NCBI GenBank assembly: GCA_963812475.1
Contig: CAWEVI010000007.1
Span: forward strand, 2,693-66,692
Length of the DNA: 64,000 nucleotides
Source of the DNA: an uncultured Alphaproteobacteria bacterium
GTDB lineage: Bacteria > Pseudomonadota > Alphaproteobacteria > Acetobacterales > Acetobacteraceae
Reading direction: 5' to 3'
Under the pieces are notes generated by a model. That model was not told where the DNA came from. It searched no databases and worked only from the letters and a program-made list of their open reading frames with translations. Shown here in pieces: positions 18,933 to 26,911 of this stretch. The first letter of the stretch is position 1. The number at the start of each line of letters is the position of its first letter. A program made the translations under genes and the position numbers.

Positions 18933-19163
18933 GTGACCCCCTCGCGCAGACACCTGTTCGCCCTGCTCGGCCTCGTTCTGCCGGTCGCCGCCTTCACCGC
19001 CTCCCCGGTGTCGGCCGCAACCTCGAATTCGCTGCAACCCAAGGCGCAGACGCATCACGCCTCGAGCGCCTCGCACAAGTCGAAATCGCACCACTCGTCG
19101 TCCGTGCACAATGCCTCGCATCACGCGGCGCACCAGCCGTCCCACAAGTCGGCCGCCAGCTGA
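18933..19163 (+). CDS. Small secreted His/Ser-rich protein (76 aa precursor)
   Basis: GGAG lies 7 nt upstream of GTG 18933. The signal peptide is TPSRRHLFALLGLVLPVAAFTASPVSA. The mature ~48 aa contain about 10 His and 13 Ser (HHASSASHKSKSHHSSSVHNASHHAAHQPSH). Confidence 0.45.
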   Translation: MTPSRRHLFALLGLVLPVAAFTASPVSAATSNSLQPKAQTHHASSASHKSKSHHSSSVHNASHHAAHQPSHKSAAS

Positions 19164-19170
19164 CTTTCGC

Positions 19171-19710
19171 TTAGCTGCGCGCGTTCGCCTCCAGCAGCGC
19201 GCGCAGTCCTGCCAGTATTCGCTCTGGGGTCGGCGGGCAGCCACTGATCAGCAGATCGACGGGGAGCGTCGTGCCGATGCCTCCGCCGACTGCGTAGCTG
19301 CCCTTGAAGACGCCACCGTCCACCGCGCAATCCCCAACCGCCACGACGAATTTAGGATCCGGCGTTGCCGTCCAGGCCTGCTCCAGCGCCTCAACAAGGT
19401 TGCGGGTCAGCGGCCCGGTCACCAGAAGCACATCGGCGTGACGCGGACTGGTGACGAAAACCAGGCCGAACTGCGTCAGGTTGTAAATCACGTTCGTCAG
19501 GGCGCGGATTTCGATCTCGCAGCCGCCACAGCTTCCGGCATCGATGTGCCGGATGGCAAGGCTACGCCCCAGCCGTGCCCGCGATGTGGCTTCCAGCCTG
19601 CTCGCCAGCGACGCCGCGGTTTCGCCATCGACGGGAACAGGCAGTTCCGTGGCGGGACGCCCGCGCAGGGTACGGACGATCTGGCCAAGGACGTTACCGG
19701 GGACGTTCAT
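19171..19710 (-). CDS. NuoB/HycG-like small subunit of a group-4-hydrogenase-related (Ehr-type) complex
   Basis: 179 aa with exactly four Cys, at the positions of the proximal [4Fe-4S] ligands: GSCGGCEIEI, VGDCAVDGG and ISGCPP. Confidence 0.85.
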   Translation of the reverse strand: MNVPGNVLGQIVRTLRGRPATELPVPVDGETAASLASRLEATSRARLGRSLAIRHIDAGSCGGCEIEIRALTNVIYNLTQFGLVFVTSPRHADVLLVTGPLTRNLVEALEQAWTATPDPKFVVAVGDCAVDGGVFKGSYAVGGGIGTTLPVDLLISGCPPTPERILAGLRALLEANARS

Positions 19711-21209
19711 AGATCCACTCCCGAACTGGCAAGGTCGAACGAGGCCTGGATGAGCGGGAGATCAGCCACCTGGCCACTCGGCGCAGTCGCCTCGAAGAGC
19801 GGCCAGTGCCCCCAGCCCGGGTCGCGCATGAACACGCTGGCGATCTGACCATGATCCAGCCGCAACCAGTGCCAGACATCGCCTCGGGCGCTTTCGGCGA
19901 ACCCGACGCCCTCCCCGCTGTCGGCCGAAAGCGGGATGGATACCGCACCCGGCGGCAACGTATCGAGCAGATTGCGCAGCAGGCGGATGCTGTCACCGAT
20001 TTCCGCCAGGCGCAGCCGGGTCCGAGCATCGGCATCTCCAACGGCGAGCAGGGGCACCGGCCGCGCGAACGAGGCGTAGGCGCCGTAACCCGGAGAGCGC
20101 CGCACATCGAAGGCGCGTCCCGCCGCACGACCGATCACGCCGCCTGCTGCCAGGCTGCTCACCTGTGCAGCGCTGACGACGCCGAGACCGGAAAGCCGTG
20201 GGGCAAGCGGGGCTCGTTCGTACCGACGCTCCAGTTCCGGCAACCGTTCCGCAAGTTCGGCGACCACGCGCAGCACCGCTCCCGCGCCGCCAGGCGCCAG
20301 GTCCGCCGCAACGCCGCCGGGAACAACGCAGTCCATCATCAGCCTGTGGCCGAACGTAAGACCGGCAACGCGGTGCACGGCTTCCCGCTGGCGGCCGCAG
20401 AGCATCGGCAGTGCGGCAATGCCTGCCGCTTCCCCGATCGCAGCCAGCGCGCCGAGGTGACCCGCAATCCGCTCCAACTCCGCCATCACGGCGCGCAGTG
20501 CGACGGCCCTGAGCGGCGGCTCGGCTTCCAGCGCGGCCTCGGTCGCCTGCGCAAAGGCGATCGCGTGGGCGACGGTCGCCTCACCTGACAGGCGCGCCGC
20601 AAAGCGCGCGGCGGCGCGTGGTGACTTCCCGCGCATCAGGGCCAGCGTGCCCTTGTGGGTGTAGCCAAGCCGGGTCTCCAGCCGGACGATCGTTTCCCCT
20701 ACACCGGTCAGGCGCATGTGCGAGGCCGGCTCGATGTCGCCATGGACCGGGCCGAGCGGGATCTGGTCCAGGTCTTCGCCTGCAACCGACAGGAACTCAG
20801 CCGGTTCGCTCCGCGCGCGGAGATCATCGGAACGCAGTGCCATTGGGTGGGTCTGGGGCCAATGGCCATGGTCGAGCCAGGGGCGTTGATCGATCCCGTC
20901 TGCCGCCGTGTGCCCCCACAGGTCCTGCACCATGCACTCGAACCATGCGGACAAGGGGCGGCCGGGAGACAGCGCGGTATAGCGGCCCGCCTCAACCCGG
21001 GTGGAGGCCAGCAATGGTTCGTCGGCCGCTTCGTCGTACAGAATGGCATGGACGTGGGCCGTGTCGGCCCACAATGCCAGCAGTGCCAGTGTCGGTTCGC
21101 CGGCAAGTGCCGCGGCCATCTCCGTCCAGTCGGAGGGGGCCAGCATATGGCGCGGCCAGGGCCGGCAGGGTTCGGTTGCGGCGGACCGGATCAACGCCGA
21201 GGCGCTCAT
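19707..21209 (-). CDS. Fused NuoC-NuoD / HycE-like large subunit lacking all [NiFe] cysteine ligands
   Basis: 500 aa from ATG 21209. Core motifs include PLGPVHGDIEPASHMRL and LETRLGYTHKG. The RxCGxCxxxH position reads RLSGEATVAH. The C-terminal DPCxxCxxR position reads SFDLASSGVDL followed by the stop. The start overlaps the upstream stop by 1 nt. Confidence 0.85.
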   Translation of the reverse strand: MSASALIRSAATEPCRPWPRHMLAPSDWTEMAAALAGEPTLALLALWADTAHVHAILYDEAADEPLLASTRVEAGRYTALSPGRPLSAWFECMVQDLWGHTAADGIDQRPWLDHGHWPQTHPMALRSDDLRARSEPAEFLSVAGEDLDQIPLGPVHGDIEPASHMRLTGVGETIVRLETRLGYTHKGTLALMRGKSPRAAARFAARLSGEATVAHAIAFAQATEAALEAEPPLRAVALRAVMAELERIAGHLGALAAIGEAAGIAALPMLCGRQREAVHRVAGLTFGHRLMMDCVVPGGVAADLAPGGAGAVLRVVAELAERLPELERRYERAPLAPRLSGLGVVSAAQVSSLAAGGVIGRAAGRAFDVRRSPGYGAYASFARPVPLLAVGDADARTRLRLAEIGDSIRLLRNLLDTLPPGAVSIPLSADSGEGVGFAESARGDVWHWLRLDHGQIASVFMRDPGWGHWPLFEATAPSGQVADLPLIQASFDLASSGVDL

Positions 21210-22501
21210 CACCGGAACTCCGCCATGGTGCGGAACCAGCCGACCACCGGGCCCGGCATCGCCACCGCAAGGAACACGACCAGAGCGAGCTGCAGCCAGA
21301 TAGGCGCCAACCCCAGCAGACCGTCCGGGCTGCCGTCGCAGCGAGCGACGCCGCGTGCGGGTAGCACAACGAGCAACGATCCGGTGGCCAGCAGCACGCC
21401 CACACCCAGGGGCAGCAACAGCCACGGCGCCGTATTGGCGGTCGTGCCGGCGACAAGAAACAGCCCGAAGATCAGCAAACCCGCCAGGCAGAGCACGGAG
21501 GCTGTGCGGGTCCAGGCCGCGACCCCGGTTGCCGGGCCTTCGAGGCACTGCAGCGCCGAAGCCCTGGCGAATGTGAGCATCGTCATGAGCAGAAGTCCGC
21601 CCATCATCGCTGCCGTGCCGCCCAGTCCGAACGCAAAGACAATGACGCCCACCAGCGCAGTGCCGGCGAACGTCAGTCCGCGGCGCAGGGCCGGCCGTGC
21701 CGCCAGACAAAACGCGGCAAGCAGCAACGTCGCAAGGCCCACGACCACGAGCAGCACGATCGGACTGTCCTGGCCATCGGTCATTGCGGAGCGCAGCCGC
21801 AGAATCACGAGCAACGGCAGGTTCGCCAGCAGCGCGCCGATCAGTGTGGCAGCCTGTGGCGTGACTGCGTCGACGGCGTCGGCAAGCCACGCATGCAGCG
21901 GCACCAGCCCGGCGATTCCCCCATAGCCCAGGACCAGACAGATCAACGCGAGCCGGGATCCGCCCCACCTCGGCAGTGCGGCATCGGGTCGCGCAGCCAG
22001 ATCCAGCAAGAGCGTCCCGAACAACGCCAGCATGAGGCCCACTCCGCACAGCAGGAGAAGCTGGCCAGCGGCGTCCCGCGCCTCCGGACTGTGCACCACG
22101 CCGGTAAGCCCCGCGGCGGCGGCGATCGCGATGGTCGTGCCGAGCCATGTCATGGCAGGGCTGTCGGACAGTACCGCAAGGAGGACCCCGCCAAGCAGGG
22201 CCTGAAATGCGACATGGTGGTGGCGGGTGCCGCGCCGATCGAGCCGCCGCGCCGCGAGTGCAGCGCGAACATCGCGCCAGCCAAACCAGCTCGTGGTCAT
22301 CGCGACGAAAGCGCTGAGCAGGGCCAGATGCGCCGGAAGAACGGTGCGAAGTTGCCAGGGCAACAGGCACGTCAGAATGAACGCCAGAGTGGTCGCGGCA
22401 GCGTTGATCCAGACGCCGGCTCGCCAAGAATCGATGCATGCCAACAAGACAGCGGAGCCGAACGGCAACCCTACGACAACGTCCGGAAACATCAGGCGCA
22501 T
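21209..22501 (-). CDS. Antiporter-like membrane subunit (HyfF / NuoN-M family)
   Basis: 430 aa and polytopic, with the motif GLVPLHAWLADA typical of Mrp/NuoLMN-type subunits. Confidence 0.75.
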   Translation of the reverse strand: MRLMFPDVVVGLPFGSAVLLACIDSWRAGVWINAAATTLAFILTCLLPWQLRTVLPAHLALLSAFVAMTTSWFGWRDVRAALAARRLDRRGTRHHHVAFQALLGGVLLAVLSDSPAMTWLGTTIAIAAAAGLTGVVHSPEARDAAGQLLLLCGVGLMLALFGTLLLDLAARPDAALPRWGGSRLALICLVLGYGGIAGLVPLHAWLADAVDAVTPQAATLIGALLANLPLLVILRLRSAMTDGQDSPIVLLVVVGLATLLLAAFCLAARPALRRGLTFAGTALVGVIVFAFGLGGTAAMMGGLLLMTMLTFARASALQCLEGPATGVAAWTRTASVLCLAGLLIFGLFLVAGTTANTAPWLLLPLGVGVLLATGSLLVVLPARGVARCDGSPDGLLGLAPIWLQLALVVFLAVAMPGPVVGWFRTMAEFR

Positions 22502-23103
22502 GGCGATGCGAGGTCCGGCCGACTTCGGTCATGCAGGCACACGCTTGCAACGATAATGGCCGGAACCAGTGGAATCGCGGCAAGAAGCAGTGCAGACGCC
22601 GGCAGCCGGGGAATGAAGCAAGCCGCCAGCGATATGCCATTCTGCGATACGAGCAGGCCGAGAGCCGGCAGCAGAGGATGCGACCGCAGTGCCAGAAGCA
22701 GGAAGCTCAGCAGCAGAATGGACAAACCCGCGGTCAGCACCTCGAACTGCTCGCCCTGCGTCAGTCGCATCACGGCCGCCGCGGATGCCGCCACCATCAC
22801 AAACGCCGCAGCAGCCGAGGCGACGAACCCGACCCGCCATGCAATGGACCGCGGCACATTCGTTCGTCCGATGACCCGCCGCAGAGCGAGCGGCAATGCG
22901 ATCCCGTTCAATGCGAAAATCAGCAGGGCGGCGATGCAGAGCGAGGCGGAATGGAGCGCCCAACCCTGTGCTGCTGCGGCCAAGGCGATGGCCAGAGCCT
23001 GCGCAACGCAGACACGCAGGGCGGCGGCGAACTGTCCCACGAACAACGTCGCGAATGACAGGGACAGAGCCAATGCGCCGGCCAATGCTGCGACTCCGGT
23101 CAC
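22492..23103 (-). CDS. HyfE-like small membrane subunit
   Basis: ~203 aa, entirely hydrophobic helices. GTG 23103 forms a GTGA overlap with the upstream stop. The 642-aa track ORF is an alternate-frame artefact upstream of this point. Confidence 0.6.
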   Translation of the reverse strand: MTGVAALAGALALSLSFATLFVGQFAAALRVCVAQALAIALAAAAQGWALHSASLCIAALLIFALNGIALPLALRRVIGRTNVPRSIAWRVGFVASAAAAFVMVAASAAAVMRLTQGEQFEVLTAGLSILLLSFLLLALRSHPLLPALGLLVSQNGISLAACFIPRLPASALLLAAIPLVPAIIVASVCLHDRSRPDLASPCA

Positions 23104-24047
23104 ACGGTACCCGCACTGGCGAACAGGAACACCACTGCCAACAAACCGAGCAGGATGGCGACGCCTAGCACGTGCGTCACATGCTCCAGCCGCGCGCGGC
23201 CCATCGTGGTGTGCAGCAGCGCGAGCACGCCGGCCAGCACCAGCAGTTTCGCCACCCAGCAGACGAAACCCAGGAGCAATGCCGCGACTCCCGCACCCGC
23301 GGCAGCGATGCCGAACGGCACGAACATGGCGATGACCAGGTCGAACCAGACCAGCCGACGTAGCGCTTCGGTCGCGTCGATCACAGCCAGGTCGCGGCCG
23401 CTGAATTCCAGTGTCGTCGCCTCGCGCCGCATGGCCAGTTCCAGCCGCGCGGCCGGTCCGTTCAGGCCGTCGACGATCGCCACCAACACCGTGGCGATCA
23501 GGGCAAGTCCGGCACCCGTCTGCCAACCGGCGCCACTTTCCTGCTGCATTGCCGCGATGACGTCCAGATTGCTGCTGCCCGCGAGCAAGCCAAGCGCGAA
23601 GATCGCCAGCACCAGAGCCGGCTCCGACAGAACACCAAACGCCATTATCCGGCTGGCTCCCATGCCGCCGAGTGCGGTGCCGGCATCCATGCCTGCGAGG
23701 GCGATCGAACAGCGTGCCAGGGACAGCAGTCCGGCAATCACCAGCAGATCGGCGAACGGGGCCAGGGTCATGCCCAAGGTGAACGAGGGCACCATCACTG
23801 CTACGATCGCGACCGCGGCGAGCGAAAGCAGCGGCGCAATGGCCGAGACCTCCGAGGCGCTCTCGGCCATCACCGGCTGCTTGCGGAGCAGGCGAGCCAG
23901 GTCCTGCCACGGCTGCAGGACAGGTGGACCAACCTGACCTGCCAGGCGCGCCTCCATCCAACGAATGATGCCGATCAGCGTCGGCGCGGCAGCCGCCATC
24001 AGCGCGACGTGTGCGACCTGCTCGACGAAGGCGACTGCGAGGTTCAC
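23100..24047 (-). CDS. NuoH / HyfC-HycD-like membrane subunit
   Basis: The N-terminus parallels HycD (APTLIGIIRWMEARLAGQVGPPVLQPWQDLARLLRK). I prefer GTG 24047, which gives a GTGA overlap with the upstream stop. ATG 24083 is the alternative. Confidence 0.75.
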   Translation of the reverse strand: MNLAVAFVEQVAHVALMAAAAPTLIGIIRWMEARLAGQVGPPVLQPWQDLARLLRKQPVMAESASEVSAIAPLLSLAAVAIVAVMVPSFTLGMTLAPFADLLVIAGLLSLARCSIALAGMDAGTALGGMGASRIMAFGVLSEPALVLAIFALGLLAGSSNLDVIAAMQQESGAGWQTGAGLALIATVLVAIVDGLNGPAARLELAMRREATTLEFSGRDLAVIDATEALRRLVWFDLVIAMFVPFGIAAAGAGVAALLLGFVCWVAKLLVLAGVLALLHTTMGRARLEHVTHVLGVAILLGLLAVVFLFASAGTV

Positions 24048-25960
24048 GACGCCACCAGCCAGACGGCGACCGCCACCACCCATGCCGCAAGAGTGATTGC
24101 GACCGATCCGGAAATGCCAGGTCGGGCGGCGATTCCACCGCCACGACCCAGCCAGGCAACCAGCCGGACGAACGACGTCCGGAGGCGATCCACTGCGCCG
24201 GGCAACGCACGCCAGGGAGCGAGGACGCGGCGCAATGGTTCCGCGAAAGACGCCGCGCCGATCTGCGTCGTCGGATCCCCGAATGGCAGCCAGGGCGGCG
24301 GTGGCGAAAACCCACCGGACCAGGCTGCCTCACGCCGATGTCCGGACCCGCGCCGGCGCGACAGCCACAGCATGGTGTAGCAGACCAGCGCCAGCAGGCC
24401 GGCAATCGCAGCCGGGGCATAACCCGGCGCCTCGGCGCCCGGTTTCAGGATTAGCGCCATGCGAAGCCCCGACCCGTTGGCCAGTCGGGCAAGGCCGCGC
24501 GCCGCCGGAAGCAAAGCAAGCACGGGAAAGACACCGAGCAGTCCGGTCAGCGCCGCAAGACCGATCAGGCAAAAACGGAGCGCCCCCCTCACCTCCTCGG
24601 CAACGGCTGCGCGCGGCGTCCGTGGTCTGCCAAGAAAAACGACCCCGGCTACTCGGATCGCCGCCATTGCGGCAAGACCCACCGATAGCGCCGCAGCCAG
24701 GATGGCGAATGCGATCAGGAGTTGCAGACCGAACCCACCAATGCGGAAGCCCGCCAGCAGCGATTGCACCAGCAGCCAAAAACCGGCGAAGCCCAGCCCG
24801 GGTGGCAGCATCGCAGCGCCTAACAGCCCGGCGAACGCGCAACGGGTGGTGATTGGCATGCGGTGGATCACGCCGCCCAACCGGTCGAGCCGCCGCGTAC
24901 CCGAACCACTTTGCGCCGCACCGGCGCAGAGCAGCAGCAGGGTTCCGCATAGCGCACGGGTCACCAGCAGCAACCAGGACGCGTCGAGCGCGAGCGAGGC
25001 GACCTGCGGCAGGTCCGCGGCGTGCGCAAACAGCGCCACGCCAAGGCCCATCACTGCCAGTCCCGTCTGATGCAGCGATGCGATGGCAAACACGGGTTCC
25101 AGACGTGTTTCGAATGTCGCCAGCAGCGGCCCGAGCACCGCGGAGAATGCGCCTATCAGGAGCAGCGGCACGCCCCACCAGAGCGGTTGCGCAGTTCCGC
25201 ACAGGTCCAGCAGGAAACGGAACATCAGGTAGGCGCCGATGTTGGCGCCGACACCGACGAGCAGCGCGGCAGCGTTGCCGAGCCGCGGTATCCACGCGTG
25301 CAGTGGGCACAGGCCGGCCAGACCCGTCGCACCCAGCAGGACCAGCAACAGCACGGCGCACGCCCGCCATCCGTCCGGCGGCATGGCTCGTATCGCCGCA
25401 TAGTCGCAATCGAGCCACGGAACCGAAGGCGGGGCCATCAGAGCAAGTGCCGCGATCAGGCAGACGATGCCGAAACCGGCGAGAGCGGGATACAGCCCCG
25501 GGGCGAGCCCCGTTTCACCTTCGTCCGGACGAGGCGACAGCAACAGCCAGCCGGCAAAGCCCAGTCCCGCCAGACCCAGCGCCAAGGTGAAGGCATCGTC
25601 GGCCAGCACGGTCATGGCTACCGCCGCGAGCGCGGCTGGGAGTCCCGCAATCGGGGCAGACGCCGCGGCCGGTTCGGCGTCAGCGAACACGACACACGAG
25701 ATTGCAGCGACGAACAGCAGCAGAAGGAATGCCGCGCCGAGCGGATCAATCCCAAGGTGCATCACACCGCCCAGCGGACCAATCGGCAGTGCGACGACTG
25801 CCATCTCGCCGTCAACCAGCAGCGAGGCGAGAACAGCCAGGGCGATCAGGCCAGACGCGGCGGCAGTTCCCAGCGTCACCACACTGCGCGGGACAACGAT
25901 CGAGACAATCGCCAATCCGACCAGCGCCGCGATGAGAATCGCGAGCAGTATCAGGACCAC
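24044..25960 (-). CDS. NuoL / HyfB-like antiporter-type membrane subunit
   Basis: 638 aa, GTG start, polytopic. It has CPLHAWIPRLG in place of the usual PxHxWLPxA motif. It is the first gene of the operon. Confidence 0.75.
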   Translation of the reverse strand: MVLILLAILIAALVGLAIVSIVVPRSVVTLGTAAASGLIALAVLASLLVDGEMAVVALPIGPLGGVMHLGIDPLGAAFLLLLFVAAISCVVFADAEPAAASAPIAGLPAALAAVAMTVLADDAFTLALGLAGLGFAGWLLLSPRPDEGETGLAPGLYPALAGFGIVCLIAALALMAPPSVPWLDCDYAAIRAMPPDGWRACAVLLLVLLGATGLAGLCPLHAWIPRLGNAAALLVGVGANIGAYLMFRFLLDLCGTAQPLWWGVPLLLIGAFSAVLGPLLATFETRLEPVFAIASLHQTGLAVMGLGVALFAHAADLPQVASLALDASWLLLVTRALCGTLLLLCAGAAQSGSGTRRLDRLGGVIHRMPITTRCAFAGLLGAAMLPPGLGFAGFWLLVQSLLAGFRIGGFGLQLLIAFAILAAALSVGLAAMAAIRVAGVVFLGRPRTPRAAVAEEVRGALRFCLIGLAALTGLLGVFPVLALLPAARGLARLANGSGLRMALILKPGAEAPGYAPAAIAGLLALVCYTMLWLSRRRGSGHRREAAWSGGFSPPPPWLPFGDPTTQIGAASFAEPLRRVLAPWRALPGAVDRLRTSFVRLVAWLGRGGGIAARPGISGSVAITLAAWVVAVAVWLVAS

Positions 25961-26021
25961 GGCGTCACCGGCGCGGGGTGCGACTCGCTCACGTCGTCAA
26001 GGATAACGCGTAGGGCGGAAA

Positions 26022-26067
26022 AGCGCAGCGCATTCCGCCGCCAGGACGTGGCGAAATGCGCTGCGCT
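26022..26067 (-). terminator. Hairpin directly downstream of the aldo/keto reductase gene and upstream of the Ehr operon
   Basis: AGCGCAGCGCATTCCGCC (26022-26039) pairs with GGCGAAATGCGCTGCGCT (26050-26067), with 1 mismatch in 18 bp. On the minus strand it is followed only by TTT, so this is a weak intrinsic terminator or an operator. Confidence 0.45.
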
Positions 26068-26071
26068 ATCT

Positions 26072-26911
26072 CTACGAGACGTCGAGCGACTGCTTGCGCC
26101 CCGGTGGCGGGTGCGCGGCGTCGATCACCGCGAGGTCTTCGTCGCTGAGCACGATCTCGCCGGCGACGGCATTCTCGCGCACATGGGACTGATCCGTCGC
26201 CTTCGGAATCGCGATCACGTTGTCATGCCGCATGGTCCAGGCGATGGCGATCTGTGCCGGCGTTGCATCGTGTCGCTTCGCGACAGCGATCAGCGCTTTC
26301 GATTGCAGCAGTCGGCCCCCCTGCCCCACCGGCGAATACGCCATCAGTGGGATTTTGTGTTCGGTCGACCATGGCAGCAGATCGTATTCGATGCCACGGC
26401 TCCCGACATGATACAAAACCTGGTTCGTGGCGCAGTGCGTGCCGTGCGGTAGCCGGACCAGCTCCTGCATGTCGCCGGTGTCGAAATTGGATACACCCCA
26501 GTAGCGGATTTTTCCGGCTTCCCGCAGCTGTTCGAACGCCGCCACCGTATCGGCCAACGGATGGCTGCCGCGCCAGTGCAGCAGATACAGATCGATCCGG
26601 TCGGTCCGCAGCCGCTTCAGGCTGCGCTCGCACGCCGCCAGCACACCCGTGCGCGAGGCATTGTGCGGCAGCACCTTGCTGACGATGAAAAGACCATCGC
26701 GCCGGCCAGCGGTCGCTTCGGCGACGATCTCTTCAGCCGCACCATTGCCGTACATCTCGGCTGTGTCGATCAACATCACGCCAAGCTCGATGCCGAGCTT
26801 GAGTGCCGCCACCTCATCCTTGGCGGCGCGGGTCCGCTCGCCCATGTGCCAGGTACCCTGGCCGAGTGCCGGGATCTCGGTCCCGTCCGGCAGCTTTACA
26901 GTGCGCATCAA
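26072..26911 (-). CDS. Aldo/keto reductase (2,5-diketo-D-gluconate reductase-like)
   Basis: 279 aa with LGQGTWHMG, IDTAEMYGN and IDLYLLHWRG. Confidence 0.85.
   Translation of the reverse strand: MMRTVKLPDGTEIPALGQGTWHMGERTRAAKDEVAALKLGIELGVMLIDTAEMYGNGAAEEIVAEATAGRRDGLFIVSKVLPHNASRTGVLAACERSLKRLRTDRIDLYLLHWRGSHPLADTVAAFEQLREAGKIRYWGVSNFDTGDMQELVRLPHGTHCATNQVLYHVGSRGIEYDLLPWSTEHKIPLMAYSPVGQGGRLLQSKALIAVAKRHDATPAQIAIAWTMRHDNVIAIPKATDQSHVRENAVAGEIVLSDEDLAVIDAAHPPPGRKQSLDVS

Noticed and set aside
19707-22640. 977-aa ORF suggesting a giant hydrogenase large subunit
   Set aside because: Homology to HycE/NuoCD begins only at the Met at 21209. The upstream 477 codons overlap the HyfF-like gene in another frame and have Arg/Ala/Pro-rich composition typical of open non-coding frames in high-GC DNA.
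22492-24420. 642-aa ORF spanning the HyfE-like and HyfC-like region
   Set aside because: Only the last ~203 codons (from GTG 23103) look like a membrane protein. The rest is an alternate frame of the NuoH-like and NuoL-like genes with Arg/Gly-rich nonsense composition.
19171-25960. Calling the operon a functional formate hydrogenlyase / hydrogenase-4 (hyf)
   Set aside because: All four [NiFe] cysteine ligands are absent from the large subunit. No hyp, hycI, fdhF, hyfA or hyfH genes are present in the window. Homology is to the scaffold only.
25961-26021. Sigma-70 or sigma-54 promoter for the Ehr operon
   Set aside because: A TTGACG hexamer is present on the minus strand, but no acceptable -10 box follows at 16-19 nt, and there is no GG-N10-GC element. 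I left it unannotated.
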